Below are positions 37,853 through 50,224 of a DNA stretch of 64,000 nt, in pieces. The DNA is taken from NCBI GenBank assembly GCA_008632985.1, contig QPGO01000010.1, positions 1-64,000 on the forward strand, read 5' to 3'. The position numbers and the translations under genes were made by a program. Positions within the stretch are counted from its first letter, which is position 1. Each line of letters opens with the position of its first letter. Below the pieces are notes generated by a model. The model did not search any database. It was not told where the DNA came from and saw nothing but the letters and a program-made list of their open reading frames with translations. This DNA is from Psammoneis japonica. Its lineage: Eukaryota.

Positions 37853-40800
37853 CTATTTCAAAAATTCGCTCAGATTTGAAAAACTAATCGATTCTCTTCT
37901 TCCTTCGTGATGATGCTTGTTGACAATCAGCGCGTGATGTAACGCTTCGCGATCGTTTTCTGGGTTGTCAGGCAGCGGTTGCTTGAGCTGTGCAGCAGAG
38001 CAGAATCGAACTACAGTCTCCGCCCACTGCAACGAAGGTGCATCGTCCTTCTTGTCATTAGCGAAGAAGTCGACGTTCTTCGCGTCGGGAGAGACGTTAA
38101 AGAAGCGGAGACACAACGTACACCCGTCGACAGTTCGGATTGTGAGGATATCATCAATCTCCTGATTGGGAGAGTCCTTGACCTCCTCGCGAACAACGCG
38201 AACAGACTCAATGTCACAAAGTTCAAGCATTCCAACGACACTACGTCCTGCAGCAACATCACAGAGCTGGCTTCCTTTCCTTCCGTGAACGGTATTTTCA
38301 CTGTCTGCATCGATATGTTCAAAGTACACTATCTCCTTCGCTGTCATCGCAATATCAACAGATACTCCCCATCTGTCAACGATCGGAAGTAGCTTGCGCT
38401 GACCGCTTCTCATATCGAGGACGAGATGCGCATGCGGGTAGGCGAAGTCTGACTCTTCTTCTACCTTTGGTTCCATCGGGTCTCGAATCACGTCCACGGG
38501 CATACCCAACATGGCCCTGAACAATTCTTCACTGAATTCGCCATGTTTTGCAACGATATCAGGGTGCCTTGCGACGCCAATCTGCCACAACTCAGTCATT
38601 GTCCCTCGATCTTCATGGGATTGGTGCCCGCTGTGACCACCGTGGCCATGATGGCCGTCGTGCGAATCTTCAAACACCGCAAAGGGGTCCATGTTCGTCG
38701 AAATGTGTCGCTGCGTAACTTTATCGCCCTTGTTCTTTAGAGATTTCGCCCTGATTCTCGACACAAGCCACCTTGCGACCCAGTGACGAAAAACACGAAG
38801 AGCAACTAGAGATGTGAAGGGTTCTATATCTCCGAGTCCACCGTAGGTTCGAGAACCAAAGGTTGGGCACGAGCACGTCACCGAAGCAAGGTCGCTGTTA
38901 GGTGATGCATCGGAGTCGGTACAGCATCTCTGAGACTCGGCAACGCATAGCAAGATCAGGCATGCACCGCAAATAACTGAGTCGATGCTAGCACCTACAA
39001 GTAACCTGTGTTCATACTTGCTTTTCGGGCCGGCTCGCCCGACCGTATGGTAAATCAGCATTGACGTAATGAGAAACATGAGAAGCCAGACGAACTCAAT
39101 CCAAAACGTCACGTTAAGGGGGAAAGCGAAGAAAACAAACTCATTGGAGAAAATGACACCCTCTGACTCCAGGAAGCCTCCAACTCTCTGACCGACCATG
39201 AAGAAAGCCACCATTGTTCCGAACACATTGCTCAGAAGAACGAATCGTTTACTGAGGTAGTACTGGTGGAGTTGCTGGCGAAGGGTCAGCCGAGAATCTT
39301 CCACAGGGGCTGGCGCTTCGGGCAGTACAGGCGGCTCCGGCTTTGTATCAAACACAACCACGTCTTCTTGGCCCGTAGGCTCCATGTCCTCGGAGGAGGC
39401 GATTGACATATTTTCTGGCATTGGAGGCAAAGGAGAAAGCTTCACTTCGGCCTCCTTGTCCTCGGGAATGACTTCCACAAACGATGCCGCTCTCATCAAA
39501 GCAACCCCGTCCGAAACCGACTTACTCATTTGCTTTCGGTTCCGGCGCCTACGATCTCGAAGACTTTCAATAGACGTGTCCTCCGGACGAAGGTTCGGCG
39601 TTTCTTCGACTTCATCTGGAGTTTCCATCTCTTGGACTTTGTCGGTTACATACATGTCATCTTTTGTGAGGTTGCGAGAAGACTTGAAGGCCATGGAAGA
39701 CACTCCATCAGATATGACTTTCTTCCTTTTCTTCCTTAGCTGTTCACGGCGTTCCAGCACTTCCTTTTCTGAAGCCGGGATGCTGACACGCAAGGAATCT
39801 GTGTCCATCTTCACGAGTTCGGCCATGAGCTCGATGTTTTCTTGGTCCGAAGTAGTGCTCGCTGTAGATACTTGCGAGAGAGAGAGACTTGAAGAATGAA
39901 TTAAAGGAGTCTGATTAAAGGATGACACCTCACTCTTTTCGTTGGTGTCAATCCAATCGCCAGGAACAAAACGAAGAGATTTTTCAAGCTCGGCTCTTCT
40001 TGCCTCTTCCAGTCGAAAGTTGGCAACCGATTCCTGAAGGCGTTTCATGTCAACGAGCTGACCCAGACTTCTACAAAGTGTATACAGTGGAACCACCTTG
40101 GCAACCACATACAAAAAGACGCTGTAGGAGATTGCAATCAAGAGAAGATACCATGCCGATTCGATATCGCTCTTGTTGATGGAGTGCCAAAAGACCAATA
40201 CCGTAGATAATGCCAAGGCAAATCCAAAATTCATGAATTGAATAGACGCAATGACCAGCTTTGGGGAAGAGAACCAAAACAGCTCGAGCTGTTTGGTCAC
40301 AAGCGCCTCCTTGTCGTCGTTCTTCATGTCCCAAAGCTCCTCCTCGTGCATCAGGGACGAGAAGATTCGTTGAACTTTGACGTAAAGCACAACTGCCATG
40401 AGGACAAATATGGCCAACAAGGCTACAAAGAACCAAGTCAGCATATCGCCGACCAAGTCTCCGTCTCTCGAAGAGTAGGCAACCATTCCCATGCAGTAGT
40501 AAAGGAGATTTGCCAGCCCCGCCACCAAGAGCCACGCAAAGGAAGATACACTGACAAAGTTCATCAGTACCTTAAGCTCGCTCCGCATGAGATAGTCTGA
40601 GATTCTGAACTTTAACGGCAGGTCATAGGCATGAAGAAAGTGGACTCTCATCTCATGAAATCGTACCTGCACGAGCAAGTCGTGGTACTTCTTCTCGAGA
40701 ATGGGATGCCGGACCGTATTGACGATGCCTCGAACGATGGATTGAATCGAAAGCGCATCGCCTTCGTATGTGAGATCTGAAATGTCATCTCCCGAATCTG

Positions 40801-41396
40801 GTTTAGTTCCTTTGAGTTCGTGGAGCTCCAGCTTTGTTCTGTCAAATTCTTCGCGGATTTCCACATAGTGATGAAGCTGGAGGGCTTCTGTTTTCACCCA
40901 GAGATGCTTCGATATGCGTGTAGCAAAAAAAGCCGTCAAGACCGTTTGAAGCGAGGTCAGAATAGCAGTGTAGAAGAGGCCAAAGTGGACCTTGGCAAAG
41001 AGAGCCTTGGCATCCTTGTCGTAGTCCTTATAGTATGTTTGCATAAGCCACACGAGGAACTCGACAATACCGAGAATTGTCACTGAAGTAGCAAGAAGAA
41101 AAACAGCATATGGTTAGATAGACTGTTCGCTGCACCTTCTGATTAGATTTCCCACAAAACTTACATTCTGTGTACAGCGTTTCAAGCACCGCTGTGTAAA
41201 ACGGTCTACCGTGGGCAGCATGATCGAGCTTGTGTTTGCAGACTTCAACAACCAAGATCAAGCCCAAAGTCATTACGGTAACCGCAAGCGCACTGATATC
41301 CAGCTGACCGTCATCTTGTGTCTTCTTTGCTAGCTCTCTGTACCATAATTCATCCTCGTGGTCGAGGAGGAAATCATGTTCAAAGTCCGCCGTCAT
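37853..41396 (-). CDS. MLO-like multi-pass membrane protein with a long C-terminal extension (second TM cluster, possible PH-like end), ~1153 aa
   Basis: Exons 41396-41165 and 41082-37853 are in phase. MLO-like motifs: LETLYTELTILGIVEFL (cf. ELMLLGFISL), FRISDYLMRS..VSVSSFAW (cf. FDFHKY..RS..VGIS..LW) and LFWFSSPKLV (cf. FWF.RP.L). Confidence 0.75.
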
Positions 41397-41989
41397 GGTG
41401 CAGAGTTTGTGAGCAGCTTCCGAAATTCTTCGACCTTTCAACGCACGTCAGCATTTCGTCACGGAGGGACACGTCAGCTCAGCAGCTACGGGCAGATATG
41501 GTACAGATGTCACGATGACGTAATCAAGCAGACAATCTTTTCCAAAAAAGCTCGAGCAGGAAACAAATCGCACCTGTGCATCAAGTTACAGCCAAACACA
41601 CCGTGCGTTTTGACGAGGTCAATCATGAGATGTCATCATCTCCAATGGCGGTCGTTGTTCATCACGAGCAGTCGAGCGGAAGCAGAATCAAGCCACCACT
41701 TTAGGACAGGCTCCAGGAGAATCTTTGAATGTCATGTGCTTGCTCCACATGATGAGGTGCTCTCACTTTCTTTTGGCATTTCTGTTTGGGCCTCTGCAGA
41801 GCCCCCTGGTGCTGCCCCCAGCTCTTTGCAGTGTCACCCAACTCGAGCTGCACACAAAAAAATAGAGAATGTTTTCAACTGGCATCAAATTCAATCAATG
41901 TGTTGAATTGCACATGAGCCATTTAACATGATCTCATTGAATCATTGGTCACAGCAGATGATCAGCTGGATCTTGTTGGAGAAGGCTGA

Positions 41990-43860
41990 AGTCTCTGCTG
42001 CTGGAGACAAAAGAAGGTGGCATGGCGGGGCCAGGTTGTTGGTTTGCACACTGTGCCATTGCATGGGGTCCTTTTGCTCTAGAGTTTGCAAACTCAAGTT
42101 TGCCACAGTTGGGAACAACATGACATGGGGCCACAATGCCACAAGATCAACCTTTCAATGCTCAGCCACAGCTCTTAAAGTTTCCCCTTGGGCCCCCCAG
42201 AGAGCACCAGCGCCCTCTGCTTGTGGCTGTTCCTTGGGTTTGATGGTGCCATCATGAGATCCTTTCTTTCTGGAGTTGATGAGGTCCTCAAGTGTCTGCT
42301 GCTGTTGGAGACAAGGTGACACATGGGGCCGTGGCACCGCAGGGTCAATCTTGCAAGGCTCAGCCGCTGTTCTCAAAGACTTGTCTGGGATCCACCAGAC
42401 ACCACTCATGTCCTCAGCTTGCCATTGTTGGGTTGGTTGGTGCCATCATTGGGCTTTTTCAGCACTCTGGAGTTTGGAAACTCAAGTCTGCTGCTCCTGA
42501 TGTGGACAACATGACATGGGGCCACAACACCACAAGATCAATGCTGTGATGCTTGGCTGCACTTCTCAAAGTGTCTGTGGTCCACCAGACACGTTCTTCA
42601 CTCTGGCACTCTTTGGAAACTCAAGACTGCAGCTGTTGGGAACAATGTGCCATGGGGTCACAATGCCACAATGTCAACCTTACAATGCTCAACCACAGTG
42701 CTCAAAGTCTCACCTTGGGCTCACCAGAGACTGCCAGTGCCCACAGCTTGCTTTTGTCAGGTCAGTCGGTGACATCATGGGGTCCTTTCACTCTGGAGTT
42801 GGGAAACTCAAGTCTGCTGCTGTTGCTTGGATGCAAGGTGACACATGATGGGGCCACAGCACCACAAGACCAACCTTGCAACACTTGGCCACAGTTCTTA
42901 AAGAGTGCCACCAGGGGTCCACCACCAGAGACCACACCAGTGCCCTCAGCTTGCTGTTGTTCGGTTGCTTGGCACTGTCAGCATGGGATCCTTTCACTCT
43001 GGAGTTTGGAGATGGTCTGCTGCTGTTGGGGACAACATGATGTGGGGCCACAACACCACAAGATCAATCTTGTGAGGCTCAACCACAGTTTGCAAAGTGT
43101 CCCCTGGGGCCTGCTGGAGTTCATCAATGCCCTCAGGAGCTTGTGGTGGTCAAGTTGTTGGTTGGCACCACACTGTGGGGTTCTTTCACTCTGAAGTTTT
43201 CAAGCTCAAGTCTGGGTTCTGTTGTTGGCAATGAGGTGATGTGGGGGGTGCAACACCACAAGATCAATCTTGCAACACTGAGCTGCAGCTCTCAAAGCAT
43301 TGCTTGGGCAAGATTCTGCCAGTGTCCTCAGACTGCAGCTGGTTGGTTGGTTGGTTGGCACTGCCATGTGGGCCTTCCACTGTGCAGTTGGACGTGGGAG
43401 GTTCAAGTCTGCTCTCCTCCTGTTGGGATGCAAAGTGACATGGGGCCACAACCACACAAGACAGGGCTTGCACTGCTCAGCCATCATTGTTGCAGTGTTG
43501 TCCAGATCCAAAACACACTGCCAATGCCCTCAGCTTGCTGTTGTCAGATTGGTTGTGCCACCCTCATGGGGTCCTTTCATTCTGGAGTTGTTGGGAGTTT
43601 GAAGTGCAGCACTTTCTCTGGCTGGGAGGATGTGTTGAGGTGGCGCCAAAACTGCACAGCACCAGCTTTGTGCTGCTCAATGTTCAACCACATTTCTCAA
43701 AGTGTTGCCTGTGGTCTGATGGAGACTGCCAGCAAACTCAGCCTGCTGTTTCTTGTTGGATTGGCTGGCATCATCATGGGGCTGTTTTACTCTGAAGTTG
43801 TGAAATTCAAGTCTGCACAAACCTGCTGGGGACAAAGGTGACATGTGGTGGGGTCACCCC
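41990..43860. repeat. Degenerate tandem array, ~200-bp unit, about 9 copies
   Basis: Core TGGGGCCACAACACCACAAGATCAA and variants at ~42127, 42324, 42517, 42653, 42849, 43043, 43242, 43441, each with CTCAAAG, CTCAGCTTGC and CTCTGGAGTT motifs. Confidence 0.85.
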
Positions 43861-45779
43861 AGCATGTGACCACATTGGCACAGGCAGCCACTTGTCTGGG
43901 AGGAGGAGCATTGGCAGGGGGTGCTGCAGCTGCAGTGCCTCCATGTCTCTGGGAACTGCTGCTCTGGCTTTTTGCGCAGACATGAACAATCCAGTGCCAC
44001 GGCTGCCCTGACCCAGCAGTCAACCTCTTGCTTTGCCAGCTCCCTGTCCATGACCTCCTGCCTGCAAGTTTCAACCAGGATGAAAAAGTGCATCAGCAAC
44101 AAAGGTTGTTGTGTGCATGTGGCTCAGCTGCAAGCTTCAACAACAGCCCTGCACCACAGACACAAACAACAAACTCCTCGGACCAGGCAGCACACAAGTG
44201 TGAAAATTTCATTCTCAAAAAGAACAGGTTGAGATCACAAAAACTGAGACATCAGTCTTCTTTGAAAATGGATGCACCACATCTGATTGAAACAATGTTC
44301 AATGTGCAGCTGCCAACAAACAATGGCTCACAAGCAAAATGCATCAGTGGTGCAAACCAACAAAATGATTCATTTGAGTTGGCTCAAACAACTTGGAGCT
44401 TTGAAAACAAATGTGACAAAAGATCTTTGTTCTTTAGAAAAGACCACTTGCAAAATGATGCAGGCCATGACCACACTGTGCCAACTGGCTCACAGCTCCA
44501 TGACAGAAAGGCACATCACTGCCCGAAACAGTGCAAAAACAATGTGCTCAAGCAGAGTGCAGCCACAAACAATCACACACCAACAAAGAAAAGCCATGGG
44601 AAGAAGGGCAACAGGTCAGAAGTGTGGTGTGGGAGCAGGCAGCTTGCAGCAAACAACAAAGATCTGGTGCTTTTGTGCTTTCTTCATTTGTTGAAACTCA
44701 GACAAGTTGACAAAACAGCCAAGGACAAGAAACTGAGTGCTGCAGCATTGCACACAGGTGAGCAGAAACATCAGCATTGTGCCACACTTGCCAAACAAAA
44801 TGTGCCAAGCTGACAATTTTTCTGCTGTCTTCTGCCCGGCATTGCTGTCACATCTCACAGCAAAAGGCTTTCCCAAAAACTGCCTGTCTTTCTTGAAATG
44901 CAAAAGATTGGAGCACAATGTGGTGGTGCTGGCAGAGCCAAGAACACACCCAACAAGATGCGAGACACACTGTGCAAAAAAAAAAGCAGCTCAGTGGCTT
45001 TAAGAACAGAGAAAGCAAAGGCAACGGAATGAAAGAATGAAGCGAGATCATGTGCCAAACATCAAACATTGCCAGGGCAGAAAAAGCAAGCATTGTCAGA
45101 AACCAAAATTGCAAAGTGCACACCAGCTGACAAATGAACAAATCAAATTGTCAGCATGCTCCAGCCAGCAAACAACAACAATTGACAAGATCAACTTGGG
45201 GGCATGTGTGCAAAGAAATGGACCATGTTTTGTTCTTTGTTGTTTTCCACTTTGCCAACTTGATTGGCAGCTGGCACTCAAACACCCGCAGTTGTTGCGC
45301 TGCAATTGAGTTCAAAATGAGTCTTGTCAGGAGCTCATGTGTTGTGAGACCAAATTTCCTTGAGTCTGGTTTCCTGTTTTTTCAATTTGTTTGACTTTCA
45401 AAAACCATTTGTTCACAATGAAAATGAGCATGTGACAAGACTGCAGGCTTCTCAAGCAAAGTTCTGCTCTGAACAAGGCCAAGAGCAGCTGCGCTTTCCA
45501 CACGAGACACCCGTTGGTCCAAGCTTGGCAAGTGCAGCACGCGACACTCTTGAAAGGGTGGCTGAGACTGTTTGATCCTTCGCTGGTGTGTTTGGAGCTT
45601 TGTTGATGAAAATCCTTTAAAGCTCTGTGTCAAGTGGTGGCGTGCTGGACGTTTCTTGTCAACAAGTGCTCAACAAGGCTGGTGTTGTGTGGAGTGTGAA
45701 CAAGAACAAATGGAGTGGCACCTGTGGCATGCTCTTGGCTCACTTGGTGAGGCAAGGCAACCACACTGCTCCTGCCAAA

Positions 45780-46220
45780 TTGCAACACACAGCTGCCAAT
45801 GAGAGCCAACGTGTCGCGGCGACATGTTGCAGCCTTTAAATGTCACAAAGGGCGTGACAAAAATGACCTTTTGTCTCTGCATGCACACTGCATTGTGAAT
45901 TCATGGCGGAGTGGTTCATCGCAACCATCAGGCAGGAGGCCAGGGTTCGAAACCCTGAGTGGGAATTGTCTGCAGCAACGTTGATCACTGTCGAACGCGC
46001 AAAACTCTGTGCAGTTCTGCATGTTCCTTCTCACGCACCCACACTGTTCCGCCAAAACCGTGCAGTGTCAGCACACGTCAGCAAAGAGCCGCATGGACGC
46101 GTGACACATGGGGAGGAGTGCAACACACAGCTGCTGACAAGAGTTGATGCATCACGGCGACGTGTTGCAGCCTTCAAATGTCACAAAGGGCGTGACAAAA
46201 ATGACCTTTTGTCTGCGTGC
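45780..46220. repeat. Dispersed ~95-bp direct repeat
   Basis: TGCAACACACAGCTGC...TGTTGCAGCCTTYAAATGTCACAAAGGGCGTGACAAAAATGACCTTTTGTCT at ~45781 and ~46119. Confidence 0.85.
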
Positions 46221-48839
46221 ATGCTGCAAAATGCATTCAGGATGTCATCGCCCCTGGAAAATGGCTGGACAAAGGGTGCTGCACCAACTTCACAAAGAGG
46301 ACAGGATGAATCTTGGAATGTGGCCACTGGACAACAACAAGAGAGCCAAAAGAAAAGGAAAACTGGGTGCTTCTCAACAGAGTCAATTGGGGAAGATTGG
46401 AGTTGTGTGAGGCATTTGGGCTGGGCAGCGGGGAGCCATGTTTTCACTTCTCGATCATTCAAGAAATGGGGGGACATTTGTTGCGAGCAACAAAGGGTCA
46501 CAAGGAGGATGGGATGAACATTTTTTAATTGGTCAAATGACCAATGCACAGCTGGAAAGAAAGGGAAACTGGGTGATTCCTGTCTGGCAAATGCCTTTTG
46601 CAATGGCCAAATTAGAGATCTGGCGATCATTTGTGGTCAATGTTGCAACCACATTCTGCAATTTAAGAACCCTGGGGCAATGTCATCTCCTCCTCAACTG
46701 CAAGCCTTTGAGTCTTGCAACTTCATTGGCGTGATGCCGCGTCCATCCATTCTTGTGAGCTGCGCTTGTTGCTGCCTGAGCGGCGCTGCAGGATCCCAAG
46801 AGAAGCGACAATGACAGCAGCCAGAGAAATGCAATGGCGTCATTTCCAACAACAACCACAATGCAGAATGCACATGTCTGATTGAGACAAGGAGCAGATG
46901 GATCCACTGCTGTTTCCCAAGAGTTCGGACTTGTTTGCATCTTCCGCGAGAACATCTTTGGGTCATCGTCTCCTCCAACACGTTGTCTGCGCACAATGAT
47001 GACAAAGGCTCCGACAGTGATCAAAGTCACAGTGAGGACATTGTGGGACAAGGAGAAGCCATCAAGAGCAGTGTTGCCAGCAGTCACTGAGTCGAGCATG
47101 GTGAATGGCGAGTCACCGGCACAATTGTTGGCGCTGGCACTGCACAAGTCATGCTCTCCTGCGTTGTTGGTTGGCACAAATCCAACAACAAGAGTGGTGC
47201 AAAGGACGTGTCCATTCCATCATCAGCGCAATCATCATCATCTGTGTTGCTCAAGTGGAAGAGCCGTCTCGCCTCCTCAATGCTGGATTTGAACATGGGT
47301 CTCACCATTTCCAACCAATTTTGTGGTCTCCGAGTTGAGCGAGTCAAGTGTTCTTCCACCAAGTCGAACAAAGCAGACCCATCCTTTGCAAGACACTTGC
47401 TTGAACGGGAATGAATTGCCTTGACTTTGATGTTGAGAACAGATGGGAACCCTGATTGTGCCGCCACTTGCGCACACATGGTCATGGGCTTGAGGCATTG
47501 GTGGCAAAAGCCAGTGTGCTTGAATCAGCTGCAACAATGAGCATGTCTTGAAGACTTGTTGGAGAGTGCACTCAGGTCAACAATGTGTCAAAATTTTGAG
47601 TGCTGACTGTGCTTCTTGTGGGTCTCATAAAAGCTGGCTGCAAACAAGACACTTCAGAGAAGAAGAGTGTCATCTTTTGGAGACTTGGATGTGACAGTGT
47701 GTTGTGGGGTGTTTGGACAGGAATGAGATCCATGCCATCATTGACATCCAACTGGCAACAGACATCCATGCAAATGCATGGCTTCTCCTTGTTGCATCAT
47801 CAGGGTTTCTTGCTCATCTGTCAAAAATGAAGAAGTTCAAAATCTGAAAAAAAGTGTGAGACACAAAGCACAACTCAGCGAGACAGCTGCAATTGTGGCA
47901 CAACAAAACAGATCTTTAAATCATGCTGTGGGACACAGAGAACATGGCTGATTGAAATGGCGTGGCAACCCAAAGGCTTGAGGTCATGGGGGCTCAGATG
48001 TGAGATGCTCAACGAGCAGCTCAAGCGGTCTGAACTTCCTTGCATCCTTCATAAAAAAGAGCTGCTCTCTGTTGTGCACACCATCTTGCCAGTCTGGGAC
48101 ATCAGCAGGTGCTCAGTGTGCATTGAAAAAAGGTGAATGGCCATCATGTGGCGGGAGCTCTCTTGAACAACACAAGCACTCAAAAAGTGCACTGGCTGGC
48201 AATGGCTGCTGCTGCCCCATTGGGCCTGCACCAGCACTCAACACACGCACACAAAAAGTGAGTTTGCTGGCTGTGTCATGGTGCACCCCTGTCAGAACCA
48301 TGAGCTGCTTTGATGGGTGGTTGTTGTTTCCCTTCGAACCTGCTTCTAAAGGCAGCATGCACAGCCAAATGCACAGAGGAAACCAGCCAAGGACCCAAGC
48401 TTTCAGGTTCACATGGAAGAGGGAAGGGCATCAAGGACCGCCCCAAATCCTTCAGGTCTGCGTGGCAATCATGTTTGTGGACAACATCCAATGACTTCAC
48501 TCCAGCAGATCTCATTCGAACCCAACACGCGTCTCAGTCAAGTTTGGTGGTTAGGGGAACTACCCAGTGTCAGGACAGCAGACCCTACGAGCTCCGAACT
48601 CCACGATTTTTTTGCCTCCGACTTTTTCGTGGCCGCCAACATCGGCATGCAGGCGCTGTGCGAGAGCGCGCATGATTGCGATGTGGGGATGGCCAACGAA
48701 TTCGAGTGCATTATAAGGCCCACGTCTCAAGTGCTGCCACTGTATTCTTCAACATATTGTTGTATAAGGCAACAATACTACGATTCATTCAGTATACTTT
48801 TGACTAGAGTAGCAGAAGCAAAGGAAAAAATAAAATAAA

Positions 48840-50144
48840 ATGAGCGACGACAGGTCGTCTGAGATTCAGTGCCACTACGATGTTTTGGGAGTTCCTCTGG
48901 ATGCCACAGATGCTGCCATTAAGAAAAATTACCGCAAGCTTGCTCTAAGATATCATCCCGACAAAAACATTGGAGCTGAAAAGGAAGCAGAAGAGAAATT
49001 TCGATTGGTTCAGCAAGCGTACGACACACTCTCGGATGCCAAGGAGCGTGCGTGGTATGATGAACACCGCGATGCTATTCTAAAAGGATGGTCTTCTTCG
49101 GACAATACCAACATGGAAGATATGCTTTTCAATGTTATGCCTTTTCAACATCCAAGTTGCTTTAGTGGTTATGATTCAAACGATGAAAGGGGGTTCTACA
49201 ATGTCTATGGACGTGTGTTTGGTGCTCTTGCCAAGGAGGAAATCGACTTGGATCTACCGACAGACTTTGGAAACGAAGAGTCACAGTGGAGTACAGTCCA
49301 GAAGTTTTACCAACAGTGGGAATCCTTTGTTTCGTCTGTGTCATTTGTTTGGATGGACGCGTACTCTCAAGCCGACATTAACGATGCACCACACCGAAAG
49401 ATTCGTCGCTTGATGAATGACGAAAACAAGAAGCTCCGTAATAAAGCTAGAAAGGAAAGGACCTCGGAAGTTCTTGCATTGGTTTCTTTTTGTAAGCGAC
49501 GTGATATGCGTGTCAAGCGATACCAACAACAGGTCCAGCAACAAAAGCAGGAGCAATCTCTCAAGCAAAAAGAACTGGACAAACAACGAAGAAAAGAAAA
49601 GCAGCAGCAAAAGCAACAATGGAAAGTCAAAGCACAAGAAGAAATGGAACGAACAGCAAAGCTCGATGAGAGGCAGGTAGAATACGACTAGCAGATCTGC
49701 AAGAAGATTATGACTATGGTGCAGGGAAGAAGAATAAAAAGAAGAGGAGGGGTAAAAACAAGACTGCCGCAGCGGACAGTCGAGAAAGCACCGATAGTGC
49801 AGCACCGGAGAAGCCACGACAAGTCGGAGGCGATTCAGACGGATCGGGACAACAGAACGATACGAATTCATCGACCGCACCAGAGGACATTGTTGAAGTG
49901 AGGCTGGAACAGAATCGGAACGAGTGCAAGACGAAATGGAAGGCGACTGCGGCTACAGTTCAGAAGAGTCCTCTGAACCCGATGTTTGGCGGTGTGAAGT
50001 TTGTCGAAAGGATTTCAAAAGCAATGGCCAATTAGAAAATCATATCAAGAGTAAGAAGCACAAGGAAGCCATGCGAAGCATGAAAAGAAGCAAAAGGACA
50101 AAGTACTGGAAGCAATGGATGATTTAGATATTGACAGTAGCTAA
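48840..50144 (+). CDS. DNAJC21: DnaJ subfamily C21 / Jjj1-like co-chaperone with C2H2 finger; about three apparent 1-nt frameshifts
   Basis: J domain with HPD (CHYDVLGV...RYHPDKN...ERAWYDEHR), middle region ([27 protein letters not shown]) and C-terminal [23 protein letters not shown]. Frame switches occur near 49670, 49915 and 50075. Confidence 0.8.
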
Positions 50145-50224
50145 ATAAAAACGGCTTTGCATTGACCTCCACTATACGACTACTGCATTGCTCGTTGCAA
50201 GCTGGCACAGGTCCGGCTTGGCTC

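Larger units (their letters stand above)
41600..48540. other. TpA-depleted hypermutated block 5
   Basis: About 7 kb with very few TA; survivors are mostly TTAA/TTAG/CTAG/CTAA. Confidence 0.9.

Noticed and set aside
41990..43860. Possible CRISPR-like array
   Set aside because: The whole unit is repeated and degenerate, there are no unique spacers or cas genes, and the context is eukaryotic.
41900..48500. Hundreds of overlapping His/Cys/Gln-rich ORFs in all six frames (also in the other blocks)
   Set aside because: Loss of TA removes TAA/TAG stops and Tyr codons, which inflates ORF length. These ORFs are by-products, not genes.
49660..49700. Programmed frameshift or intron in DNAJC21
   Set aside because: There is no slippery heptamer, and the adjacent frame continues directly as GRIRLADL. 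A 1-nt sequence error is simpler.
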